Source of the DNA: Chloroflexi bacterium UBA4730
Lineage (GTDB): Bacteria; Chloroflexota; Limnocylindria; P2-11E
NCBI GenBank assembly: GCA_002404155.1
Contig: DHJC01000073.1
Location: 38,937 to 102,936, forward strand
Reading direction: 5' to 3'
DNA length: 64,000 bases
A program made the position numbers and the translations under genes. Shown here piece after piece: positions 45,800-54,764 of this stretch (position 1 is its first letter; the number at the start of each line of letters is the position of its first letter). The notes under the pieces were generated by a model. That model had not been told where the DNA came from. It made no database searches and saw nothing but the letters and a program-made list of their open reading frames with translations.

Positions 45800-45970
45800 C
45801 AGCGGGATCACGACGATGGTGCGATCCGGGTCCGCGACCGCTCTGGCAGGGAGTTCGCGATCAGCGTGCGGGGTCACACCCTGCCCAGTGGTCAACCGCG
45901 CGATGGACCACTGCACCGTCAGCCAGACCCTGCGGTACCCGCCCCGGGTGGAGCTGCTCGTGGCTGATAC
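45800..45970 (+). pseudogene. Internally deleted OsmC-like relic
   Basis: One frame gives IRVRDRSGREFAISVRGHTL (OsmC-like N-terminus), another gives RAMDHCTVSQTLRYPPRVEL (C-terminal HCTV..TL motif); the middle and a start codon are missing. Confidence 0.55.
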
Positions 45971-46115
45971 GGGCGCGCTCAGCACCAGCGAGCTCATCGA
46001 GCGATCGGGGCCGTTCGACCCGCGGCCTGCGGGCCGTTCGCCTCGAGGTGCGAGCGTCACGGCGACCGATGCTTGGCGGCAGCCTCGCACGTCGCGAGGC
46101 AGCAGGGAGACGGTG

Positions 46116-46400
46116 ATGGGCGCTCTTGCTCTCACGGTCATCGTTGGCGCCGGGCTGGTCATCGGCTTCGGCGTGCAGTACCTGACGCACCCCCGGACCC
46201 AGCTGGACTGGCTGTTCGTGGCAATCGCCACGGGCATCGGCGCGTCCCTCGGCCGCGAGGTGCTGGCGAACGTGTTCGGCGTCATGGCCGGCGGCCCCGA
46301 GATCGACGGGCTTGTCATCATCCCCGCGGTCATCACGGGTCTGGTCCTCGGCCTGCTGGCCGACGCGTTCGTCCGTTATATCGCGCTCGAGCCCGCCTAG
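46116..46400 (+). CDS. Small membrane protein, GlsB/YeaQ/YmgE-like
   Basis: GGGAG RBS; three Gly-rich TM helices. Confidence 0.65.
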   Translation: MGALALTVIVGAGLVIGFGVQYLTHPRTQLDWLFVAIATGIGASLGREVLANVFGVMAGGPEIDGLVIIPAVITGLVLGLLADAFVRYIALEPA

Positions 46401-46505
46401 CCCCCGCCCGACGCCTGGGCCCATTTCCCTCATGGCGACGCCGCCGCGGTCCCCACCACGGCGGCGTCACACCGTCTCGCAGACGGGTCATTCGTCTTGC
46501 CACGA

Positions 46506-46521
46506 CGAGTCGTTCGGCCCT
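46506..46521. promoter_or_regulatory. DosR/OsdR-like box (reverse strand AGGGCCGAACGACTCG) upstream of USP 3
   Basis: One strong half-site of the recurrent motif. Confidence 0.45.
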
Positions 46522-46570
46522 CTCCCCCACCCGACGTGCGCGGTAGGTTCGCCGTCGGAGGTTCGAGCTC

Positions 46571-47491
46571 ATGAAGGTGCTGTTCGCGACCGATGGATCC
46601 CCGGAAGATCAGCAGGCCCGTCACTTCGTGGCCGCGGCGTCCTGGCCGGCCGGCACCCAGATCGAGCTGTTCGGGGTCATGGCGCCAGTCGCGCTCGCGG
46701 TGTCAGGTGAGCTGCTCGATCGGAACGCGCGCGACTTCGAGCACGAGCTCGACTACCTTGCCACGAGCCTCCCCCGCCGTGACGCCACGGTGACCTGGCG
46801 GGACGCGGTCGGGCAGCCGGCTGACGCGATCGCGGCGCGGGCACGGGCGATGGAGGCCGATCTCATCGTGGTCGGTTCGCGTGGACGTGGACCCCTCGCC
46901 ACGAGCATCCTCGGTTCGGTCTCGGCCGGCGTGATCGACCGTGCACCCTGTCCGGTGCTCGTCGCACGGCGCGCGCGGACCGAGCGGATCGTGCTCGCCG
47001 ACGACGGATCGGTCGGCGCCGCGACCGCCGCCGCGTTCTTCGATGAATGGCCGATCTTCGGCGAGACCTCGCTCCAGGTCGTGACCGTGGTCGACGTGGG
47101 TCGTCCGCTCTCGGCCTCCGACGACGCGCCGATGCTTTACTCCGCGGGCGAGCGGCTGTACATCGAGTCGCTCGACGAGGAGCGCGAGCGCGCGCGTCAG
47201 ACGGTCGCCGCGCGCGCGAAGGGGTTGAAGCCGCGAGCTCGCACGATCAAGACGTGCATCCGCGAGGGCGCCGCGGCCGACGAGATCCTCACCGCGGCGC
47301 ACGACTTCGCCGCCGATCTCATCGTGATGGGCTCGCGCGGCCACACCGGGCTCGCCCGGTTTTTTGCCGGCAGTGTCGCGCGGCAGGTGCTGCTGGGGGC
47401 GACGTGCTCGGTGCTCATCGCGCGCGGCTCGGCGCAGCTGGTGCGTGAGCGCGAGCACCCGACACCGTTCGGTGTCGTGGCGCTGGCCTGA
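46571..47491 (+). CDS. Tandem-domain universal stress protein (USP 3)
   Basis: MKVLFATDGS; GSRGRGP...LGSVSAGVIDRAPCPVLVAR; GSRGHTG...GSVARQVL. Confidence 0.92.
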   Translation: MKVLFATDGSPEDQQARHFVAAASWPAGTQIELFGVMAPVALAVSGELLDRNARDFEHELDYLATSLPRRDATVTWRDAVGQPADAIAARARAMEADLIVVGSRGRGPLATSILGSVSAGVIDRAPCPVLVARRARTERIVLADDGSVGAATAAAFFDEWPIFGETSLQVVTVVDVGRPLSASDDAPMLYSAGERLYIESLDEERERARQTVAARAKGLKPRARTIKTCIREGAAADEILTAAHDFAADLIVMGSRGHTGLARFFAGSVARQVLLGATCSVLIARGSAQLVREREHPTPFGVVALA

Positions 47492-47510
47492 GCCGTTGAG
47501 CACGAAGACG

Positions 47511-48173
47511 ATGACTGTGCCGCGCCCGCCGAAGTCCGACCGCGAGATCCAGAGCGAGGTGCTGGCCGAGCTCGATCGCGACGGCCGCCTCTCTGCGGCG
47601 GAGGTCGGCGTCGCGGTGGCGGGTGGCGTCGTCACCCTGACCGGTACCGTGTCTTGCTGCGAGAAGGTCGAAGCCACGTCGGACACCGCCGTGAGCGTTG
47701 CGGGGGTGCGCGACGTTGCCAACAAGCTCGCGGTCGAGGGCGATGGGCATGAGCACGACGATACGAAAATCGCCCGCACGATCCGCCACGCGCTGGGTTG
47801 GAACACGGCAGTGCCCGCGGAGCAGATCGACACCATCGTCCGCCGCGGCGTGGTGACCCTGCGCGGCAGCGTCGAACACTGGTACCAGCGCAAGGCCGCC
47901 GAGGGGACGGTCGCGGGCGTCGCGGGCGTCGTGTCGGTGAGCAACCAGATCCAGCTCTTGGCCACGCCCACGAATGACGAGATCCTCCGCGAGGAGGTCG
48001 AAGACGCGCTGGCGCATCTGCCGAGCTGCGGCGACGTCGATGTTTGGGTCGCAGACGGCGTCGTCACGCTGGTCGGCGAGGTCGGCTCGAGCCCGCTGCG
48101 CCGGCACGCCGAGACGCTCGCGGCGGCCGCGTGCGGCGTGCGTTCGGTCATCAACCAGCTGCGGTCGCGCTAG
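47511..48173 (+). CDS. Triple-BON-domain protein (BON 3)
   Basis: KSDREIQSEVLAEL, GVVTLTG, DDTKIAR.IRHAL.WN..VP, GVVTLRG. Confidence 0.9.
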   Translation: MTVPRPPKSDREIQSEVLAELDRDGRLSAAEVGVAVAGGVVTLTGTVSCCEKVEATSDTAVSVAGVRDVANKLAVEGDGHEHDDTKIARTIRHALGWNTAVPAEQIDTIVRRGVVTLRGSVEHWYQRKAAEGTVAGVAGVVSVSNQIQLLATPTNDEILREEVEDALAHLPSCGDVDVWVADGVVTLVGEVGSSPLRRHAETLAAAACGVRSVINQLRSR

Positions 48174-48878
48174 GTGACGGTCAGCCTGACCAGCCAGCAC
48201 ATCGAGCGGCACTTCCGCGGCAGCGCCGTGGTGCGCGACGTCGTGATCGGGATGTCCGATGGACTCACGGTGCCATTCGCGTTGGCGGCCGGACTCTCCG
48301 GCGCGGTCGCCTCCTCAGGCATCGTGGTGACCGCGGGGCTCGCGGAGATCGCCGCGGGGTCGATCGCGATGGGTCTAGGGGGCTTCCTCGCGGCGCAGAG
48401 CGAGGCCGAGCACTACGCCTCCGAGCGCGCTCGCGAGGAGCGGGAAGTCCGCGCGGTCCCGGAGCTGGAGCGGCGGGAGGTCGAGCACATCCTCCGTTCG
48501 TACGGCCTCTCGCAGGGGTCAACGGAGACGATCGCCCGCACCCTGGCGCGTCGGCCGAGGCGGTGGGTCGACTTCATGATGCGATTCGAGCTCGGCCTCG
48601 AGACGCCCGATCCACGCCGCGGAGCGCGCAGCGCCATCACGATCGGCGGCTCCTACGCCATCGGCGGCCTGGTGCCGCTGCTCCCGTACATGCTCATGGC
48701 GCGCGCGGCGAGCGCGTTGCTCGTTTCGGCCGTGTTCACGCTGGCCACTCTCCTGGTCTTTGGCTACGTGAAAGGGCGATTCACCGGCGGGCCCGCAATT
48801 CGAAGCGCGGTGCAGTCGCTGCTCATCGGCGGCGTCGCTGCGGCCGCCGCGTTCGCGCTCGCGCGGGCGATCTCATGA
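48174..48878 (+). CDS. VIT1/CCC1-family Fe/Mn transporter
   Basis: RDVVIGMSDGLTVPFALAAGLSGA, AGSIAMGLGGFLA, EREVRAVPELE, MMRFELGL, GGLVPLLPY. Confidence 0.93.
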   Translation: MTVSLTSQHIERHFRGSAVVRDVVIGMSDGLTVPFALAAGLSGAVASSGIVVTAGLAEIAAGSIAMGLGGFLAAQSEAEHYASERAREEREVRAVPELERREVEHILRSYGLSQGSTETIARTLARRPRRWVDFMMRFELGLETPDPRRGARSAITIGGSYAIGGLVPLLPYMLMARAASALLVSAVFTLATLLVFGYVKGRFTGGPAIRSAVQSLLIGGVAAAAAFALARAIS

Positions 48879-48972
48879 CGGCCCTCCGGCCGAGCGAATT
48901 TCATCCAAGCACGAATTGATACCAGCTTCGCGTCGAAACCGACGTTTCGCGCGGCGAGAGTCCCGCCCACGT

Positions 48973-48988
48973 GGGGCCGAATGGCCCT
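48973..48988. promoter_or_regulatory. DosR/OsdR-like box (GGGGCCGAATGGCCCT)
   Basis: Near-palindromic copy of the recurrent motif ~45 nt before the ATG at 49035. Confidence 0.7.
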
Positions 48989-49034
48989 ATCCGGGCCTCC
49001 TGGGCAGCGAGACCATCAGGCTCGGAGTACGAAG

Positions 49035-49682
49035 ATGACTGGTTCCACCTCCACCGTGGCCGATCGAGCGCGACGCTCCCACGTCCTTTCGATGCCCTCA
49101 GCGCCAGTCCTCGTCCTGGTCGTGCTCGCCCTTCTTGCCGGCGTGCTCGTGGTCGCCGTGAGTGCGCCGTCCGCGGTGCCCAGCGTCGCGAGTGACCTCC
49201 GCCAGACCGCGACGGTCATGGATCAGCACGCGGACACGATGACTGCCGACGGGCAACGGCTCGCCGACCAAGCGCGCGCGGTCACCGGTACCGATCGCGA
49301 TCTCTGGGTCGCGACGGCCCAGCACATGATCTCCGACGGAACCAGCCTCCGGGCGATGGCGCAACGCTTGCGCGCGAGCGCCAGCATCCTCGGTGACGAG
49401 CCGACGTACCGCGCGAACGCGAATCCGACCTCGCTCGTTGCGCAGGCGGCACTGCTGCGGGCAGACGGTCAAGCCGCCCTCGATCATGGGCGCCTCATGA
49501 TCGACCAGGCCGCGTTCATGGCCACGCTTGCGCGCAGGCCGGGAAGCGGGATCACGGAGCAGGACGCTTCGCTCATGGCGACGGACGCCACTCGGATCAT
49601 CGACGCGGGAGAGCGGACGCTCGCGCTCGCGAGCCGCCTCGACGCCGACGCGGACCAGCTTCGCCGAGGTCTCAGCCGCTGA
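49035..49682 (+). CDS. Membrane-anchored all-helical Met/His-containing hypothetical protein
   Basis: One TM followed by helical repeats (MDQHADTMTADG, QHMISDG, LDHGRLMIDQA, LMATDA). Confidence 0.65.
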   Translation: MTGSTSTVADRARRSHVLSMPSAPVLVLVVLALLAGVLVVAVSAPSAVPSVASDLRQTATVMDQHADTMTADGQRLADQARAVTGTDRDLWVATAQHMISDGTSLRAMAQRLRASASILGDEPTYRANANPTSLVAQAALLRADGQAALDHGRLMIDQAAFMATLARRPGSGITEQDASLMATDATRIIDAGERTLALASRLDADADQLRRGLSR

Positions 49683-49822
49683 TATAGGTGAGCTCTTCGT
49701 AGACCTGGGTCACACGCCACCGGTCTAACGAGCGTCGGGCACACCTCTTCGACTTTTCCCGTGGTACCTTGCTGCTCAAGACGCGGGTGGGGCGGCAACA
49801 TCACGGGGAGCCGGAGGCCCGA

Positions 49823-50986
49823 GTGTCGGCACGCGGGAGCGCAGGCAACGCGCCTCGCGGTCACCTGCCCTTCCTCATCCTGCTGATCGTTGTCGCCAGC
49901 GGCTGCGGCGGCGTGAGGCAGAACGCATCATCAGCGGCCGTTCTCTTGCCCGCACGGCATGGTTCCTCCGAGCCAGCGCCGTCTGAGCGGATCCTCTGGG
50001 CCACGTCGCTCCAACCGCTCGTGGCGTCCTTCGACGGCGATGCGACCGTGTGGATCGCGCGACCGGACCAGGCGGAGCCGCTCTTCTCCGTGGATCCGGA
50101 TCGGCCGGTGCTGGCCGCCTCGCTCTACAAGCTCGCCGTGATGCTCGAGGTCGAGCGGCGGGTCGAGGCAGGTGGCTGGTCGTACGAGAACCCAGTGGTG
50201 ATCCGCGACGAGGACGTCACGATCGACGGCTCGAACGAGTTTCCCGGCACCGTCCTGACGGTCGATGCGGCGCTCGAAGAGATGATCACGTACTCGGACA
50301 ACGGCTCCGCGCTTGCGCTCCTCCGGCTGGTCGGCGCCCAGCGGGTAAACGCGACCCTCGGCGCCGCGGGCCTGGGCAACTTCCATGTGGCGCTGAACGC
50401 GGATGACGATCACACGGTCACCGCGCGGGCCGTCGGTACGTTCTTCGCACTGCTCGGCCGTGGCGAGCTGCTGTCGCCCGCCGCGTCTCGACGCATGCTC
50501 GAGCGGCTCCAGCGGCAGCACATCAACGACCGCATGCCCGCCAAGCTCCCGGCAGGGACAGTGGTCGCGCACAAGACCGGGGACCTCGTCGGCTACACCC
50601 ACGACGGCGGCATCATCCAAAGTTCGAGTGGGCCACTGATCTTCGTCGCGCTGACTCAGGACGCCCCTCAGGATGACGCGCGGCAGTTCATCGCTCAGGC
50701 CGCGGCGCTTGCGTATCACGGCGCGAGCAGCGCCGATCCAGCGACCGATGCCGGTTCCGGCACGCGCACCGCTGCGCACCTATTGGTCGCTCCCCCAGCG
50801 TTCACGGCCGCACCTGGCTGGCGCGACTGGGCCGGGGCGGGCGGTCTCCTTCTTGTTGCCTACGGGTACGCGCGCACTCGTCGTCGTCGTACATGGACAA
50901 GCGCATACGGCTCGCGAGGTCCGGTGCGCCGGAAAGCCAGGTCGACAAAGAGGATGGCCGTGCCCGACACGCGCCGGCGCCACTGA
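49823..50986 (+). CDS. Class A beta-lactamase-like serine hydrolase, membrane-tethered
   Basis: AASLYKL (SxxK), MITYSDN (SDN), AHKTG (KTG); lipobox-like VASGC; C-terminal TM; GTG at 49823 after GGAGG. Confidence 0.85.
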   Translation: MSARGSAGNAPRGHLPFLILLIVVASGCGGVRQNASSAAVLLPARHGSSEPAPSERILWATSLQPLVASFDGDATVWIARPDQAEPLFSVDPDRPVLAASLYKLAVMLEVERRVEAGGWSYENPVVIRDEDVTIDGSNEFPGTVLTVDAALEEMITYSDNGSALALLRLVGAQRVNATLGAAGLGNFHVALNADDDHTVTARAVGTFFALLGRGELLSPAASRRMLERLQRQHINDRMPAKLPAGTVVAHKTGDLVGYTHDGGIIQSSSGPLIFVALTQDAPQDDARQFIAQAAALAYHGASSADPATDAGSGTRTAAHLLVAPPAFTAAPGWRDWAGAGGLLLVAYGYARTRRRRTWTSAYGSRGPVRRKARSTKRMAVPDTRRRH

Positions 50987-51071
50987 ACGACGAGTCCATG
51001 GCGGGGGCTCGCGAACAGGCGGCTTCAGCGCTCACAGGAGATTCACAGGCGTCACGGGCGACACTTGATCC

Positions 51072-51743
51072 ATGGCCGGCTTGCGCGTTCTAGTGGTCGA
51101 GGATGAGCCGACCCTTGCGCGGCTGGTGGCCCGAGCACTGACTGAAGACGGCAGCGACGTGCGCGTCGTCCACGATGGGCAACTCGGGCTCAAGTCGGCG
51201 CTCGCCGAGCCGCCAGATGTCGTCGTGCTCGACCTGATGTTGCCCCGGCTCGACGGCATAGCGCTCTGTCGCGAGCTGCGTCGTCTCGCCAGCCCCTCGG
51301 GCATCCTGATGCTCACCGCTCGCGACGCAGTTCCCGACCGCGTGCGCGGACTCGACGCCGGCGCCGACGACTACTTGGTAAAACCGTTCGCGCTCGACGA
51401 GCTGCTGGCGCGCGTACGCGCGGTCGCACGTAGAACAGGAGGCGGTGGGACCCTGCGGGTCGATGATCTGGTTCTGGATGCAGACCGGCGCACGGTGAAC
51501 CGCGCCGGTTCCGCGGTCCAGCTGAGTCCGACGGAGTTCCGCCTCCTCGAGCATCTCGTGCGGAACGCTGGGCGTGTCGTCGCCAAGGAGCGGCTGCTCG
51601 AGCGTGTGTGGGGCGACGAAACCGAGGCGACCGAAAACGTCGTCGAAACGTACATCCACTACCTGCGGACGAAGCTGGACCGCCCGCCGGCCAAGCCGTT
51701 GATCCACACCGTGCGCGGCGCCGGGTACATCTTACGGTCGTGA
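51072..51743 (+). CDS. OmpR-family response regulator
   Basis: VLVVEDE, VLDLMLP, LMLTARD, GLDAGADDYLVKPF, LSPTEFRLL, IHTVRGAGY. Confidence 0.95.
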   Translation: MAGLRVLVVEDEPTLARLVARALTEDGSDVRVVHDGQLGLKSALAEPPDVVVLDLMLPRLDGIALCRELRRLASPSGILMLTARDAVPDRVRGLDAGADDYLVKPFALDELLARVRAVARRTGGGGTLRVDDLVLDADRRTVNRAGSAVQLSPTEFRLLEHLVRNAGRVVAKERLLERVWGDETEATENVVETYIHYLRTKLDRPPAKPLIHTVRGAGYILRS

Positions 51744-52993
51744 AGGCGGAACTCACGCGGACACGCCGCCGCCTCGTCGCGATCGACCTCGCCGTGATCG
51801 CGCTGCTCCTTGTCGTCGCGGGGGCCGCGGTCTACGGGACGTTCGCGGTCACGCTGCTCGATCCGGTCGATGCTGCCCTCGGGGTGAGCTCCGCCGAACT
51901 GCAGCAGGGTGGCTCGCGCGAGATCGCTGAGCACTTCGGCGCCGGCTACCGCGGCGGCCAGTTCGTGCTGGTGGTCGGCGCTGAGGGGGGCATCCTGGCC
52001 GATCCGCAAGGCGTCGGTCTTGCGAATGGCGCCGCTCTCACCGCCCCGGGGCTGCACACCGTCCCGCTTGCGAACGGCGACGCACGCGTGCTCGCCACTC
52101 CCTTGGGTGCGAACCCTCCTGCGACGCTGGTGATTGGCAGCTCGCTGGTGACCCAGGAAGAATTCCTGCGGCACGTCATCGTCGTGTTGGTCGCGACCGG
52201 CTTCGGCGCATTTGTGCTGGCGTTCATCGCGGCTGAGCTTCTCGCCCGTCGTGCACTGGTGCCGATCGGCGAGGCGTTCCGTCGCCAGCAGGAGTTCGTC
52301 GCCGATGCGTCACACGAGCTCCGGACCCCGCTGACGATCCTGCGCACTGCACTGGAGCTCCTGGTGCGATCACCGGATCGGACCGTGGCAGAGAGCGCGG
52401 ATCTGGTCGCAGACGCGCATGGCGAGGTGCTTCAGATGGAGCACATGGTGGCCGACCTGCTCACCCTGGCACGCTCCGATCTCGACGCGCTGCCGCTCAC
52501 CCTCAGAGCAGTTGATGGTGCGGCGCTCATCCAGGAGGCCGCGGAGAGAGTCCGCGCACTCGCGGAGACCAAGGGCATCACCCTCCGTGTGCTGGCGCCG
52601 CTGCCGTGCCGGATCGAAGCCGACAGCGAGCGCATCGCGCAAGCGCTGCTCGCACTTACGGACAATGCCCTCCAGCACACGCCAGCGAGCGGCAAGGTCA
52701 CGCTCTCGGCGCAGCGCGAAGGCGAGACGGTCGTGCTCGCGGTCGCCGACACCGGTGAGGGCATCACCTCAGAGGATCTTGCGCGCGTTACCGACCGGTT
52801 CTACCGCGCGGGCCGCGCCCGCGCGCGCGCCGGAGGTGGCGCAGGGCTGGGCTTGGCGATCGTCCGCTCGATCGTCGAGGCGCATGGCGGGACGCTCACG
52901 ATCACCAGCGAGCCCGGTGCGGGAACGACGGTCCAGCTCCGACTGCGCGGCGTCCGGCAAGAGGTCGGCGCGCCCCTCGAGGCGGCGGCGTGA
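51740..52993 (+). CDS. Sensor histidine kinase (HisKA)
   Basis: Two TM; FVADASHELRTPLT; DNALQHT; DTGEG; GAGLGLAIV. Confidence 0.93.
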   Translation: MKAELTRTRRRLVAIDLAVIALLLVVAGAAVYGTFAVTLLDPVDAALGVSSAELQQGGSREIAEHFGAGYRGGQFVLVVGAEGGILADPQGVGLANGAALTAPGLHTVPLANGDARVLATPLGANPPATLVIGSSLVTQEEFLRHVIVVLVATGFGAFVLAFIAAELLARRALVPIGEAFRRQQEFVADASHELRTPLTILRTALELLVRSPDRTVAESADLVADAHGEVLQMEHMVADLLTLARSDLDALPLTLRAVDGAALIQEAAERVRALAETKGITLRVLAPLPCRIEADSERIAQALLALTDNALQHTPASGKVTLSAQREGETVVLAVADTGEGITSEDLARVTDRFYRAGRARARAGGGAGLGLAIVRSIVEAHGGTLTITSEPGAGTTVQLRLRGVRQEVGAPLEAAA

Positions 52994-54312
52994 GAGGGCG
53001 CGCTCTTCTCTGGCTCTTCGTCTTGAATGTCGTCGCCATCCTGGTGTTCTGGCATGCGGCGAGCGGCTCGGAGCCCATCGTCAGCGTCGGCGAGCGGTGG
53101 AACGCGATCGGTCGGGTCACCGGATTGGTGGGCACCTACCTCGTCCTCGTCCAGTTGCTGCTGATCTCGCGCGTGCCGTGGCTCGAGGACGCCGTTGGGA
53201 TGGAGCGTCTGCTGGTATTCCACCGCTGGAACGCCTATGCGTCGCTGAGCCTGATCGTCGGGCACGCGGGGTTCCAGACCGTGGGCTACGCCGCGGTCAA
53301 TCGTCTTGGTATCGCCTCGCAGCTCGGAGACTTCGTCCTCCATTACGACGGGCTGCTCGGCGCGATCGTGGCGCTCGGGCTCCTGATCGGCGTGACCGTG
53401 CTGTCGGTCGCGATCGTCCGGCGGTTGCTCGCGTACCACGCCTGGTATTTCGTCCATCTGTACGCGTACCTCGCCGTCGCCCTCGCGTTCGGGCATCAGC
53501 TGGCCACCGGCGTGGACTTCGTCTCGAACCCCACCTTTCAGGCGTACTGGTGGGCGCTCTACGCCGTCGTCGCCGGGTCGCTCCTCTACTTCCGCGTGGC
53601 CCAGCCGCTCCTGCGTTTCGCGCGGCACCGCTTCCGGGTGGAGCGCATCGAGCGCGAGGCGACCGGGGCGGTCTCGATCTATGTCGGCGGCCGGGACCTG
53701 CGCACGTTTGCCTTCGAGCCCGGTCAGTTCGCGATCTGGCGCTTCCTCGATGGCCGACGCTGGTGGGAGGCGCATCCGTTCACGCTCTCGACCCTCCCGA
53801 GCGATCGCCGGCTGCGCCTCACGGTGAAGGGCAGTGGTGACTTCTCCTCACGACTCACGAACCTCCGAGTCGGCACGCCTGTTCTGGTGGAGGGCCCGTT
53901 CGGCCACTTCACCGTCGACGGAGCGACCAAGCCCAAGGTGCTGCTCATCGCCGGCGGGATCGGCATCACCCCGATCCGGGTCCTCGCGGAGCGATTCGCC
54001 CAGACTGGTCGGGATGTCTGTTTGCTCTACCGCTGCCGGCACGAGCGGGACCTGACGTTTCGCAAGGAGCTCGACAAGCTGGCGGTCGATCGGGGTATCC
54101 GGGTCGAGTACCTGCTCAGTGACCGGCCGCTCCTTGGTCGAGTCGGCTCGGAGTGGCTGCAGCCGACGGATCTTGGCGTGCTGGTCCCGGATGTACGCGA
54201 GCGCGAGGTGTACGTGTGCGGCCCGGACGGCTTGATCGCCCAGATCAAGCGCGCCCTTACGGCACTAGGCATCGAAGCTGGGCAAATCCATTCGGAGGTC
54301 TTTCATTTCTGA
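52990..54312 (+). CDS. Ferric-reductase-like transmembrane oxidoreductase with FAD/NAD(P)H-binding domains
   Basis: Heme His pairs (FHRW...GH; FVHLYAYL...FGH), HPFTLS, EGPFG, LIAGGIGITP, VYVCGP, HSEVF. Confidence 0.9.
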   Translation: MRGRALLWLFVLNVVAILVFWHAASGSEPIVSVGERWNAIGRVTGLVGTYLVLVQLLLISRVPWLEDAVGMERLLVFHRWNAYASLSLIVGHAGFQTVGYAAVNRLGIASQLGDFVLHYDGLLGAIVALGLLIGVTVLSVAIVRRLLAYHAWYFVHLYAYLAVALAFGHQLATGVDFVSNPTFQAYWWALYAVVAGSLLYFRVAQPLLRFARHRFRVERIEREATGAVSIYVGGRDLRTFAFEPGQFAIWRFLDGRRWWEAHPFTLSTLPSDRRLRLTVKGSGDFSSRLTNLRVGTPVLVEGPFGHFTVDGATKPKVLLIAGGIGITPIRVLAERFAQTGRDVCLLYRCRHERDLTFRKELDKLAVDRGIRVEYLLSDRPLLGRVGSEWLQPTDLGVLVPDVREREVYVCGPDGLIAQIKRALTALGIEAGQIHSEVFHF

Positions 54313-54758
54313 TGACTAGAGTCACTGCGGCACTCACCGCGACCGTGGCGGGGCTGATCCTGATCGCGACGTTCAAGGTGAGCCCGGAAGACGCAGCCGG
54401 TCTGGAGCCGACGCCCTCAGCCTCGGCGGGAGCCGGTCGTCTGACCGGACCGACGCCGTCGACCGGGCGGCCTGCCAGCAGCGGCACGGTCACCGGAGAT
54501 TCGGTCCAGACCATCTTCGGCAACGTGCAGGTCGCGATCACGGTCTCCGGGACCAAGCTGGTCGACGTGCAGGCACTCACGCTCCCAAGCGACCGGAGTC
54601 GCTCGGCCAGGATCAGCGACTACGCCGGACCCATGTTGCGCAGCGAGGCGATCCAGGCACAGAGCGCGCAGATCCACGTGGTCTCGGGCGCGACGTACAC
54701 GAGCCGTGCGTATAGCCAGTCGCTCGCGAGCGCCTTGAAGAAGGCGCACCTCGGGTAG
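54312..54758 (+). CDS. Membrane-anchored FMN-binding (flavinylated) domain protein
   Basis: N-terminal anchor, P/S/T linker, FGNVQV, VVSGATYTS (S/T-GA-T flavinylation motif). Confidence 0.88.
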   Translation: MTRVTAALTATVAGLILIATFKVSPEDAAGLEPTPSASAGAGRLTGPTPSTGRPASSGTVTGDSVQTIFGNVQVAITVSGTKLVDVQALTLPSDRSRSARISDYAGPMLRSEAIQAQSAQIHVVSGATYTSRAYSQSLASALKKAHLG

Positions 54759-54764
54759 CTGTCG

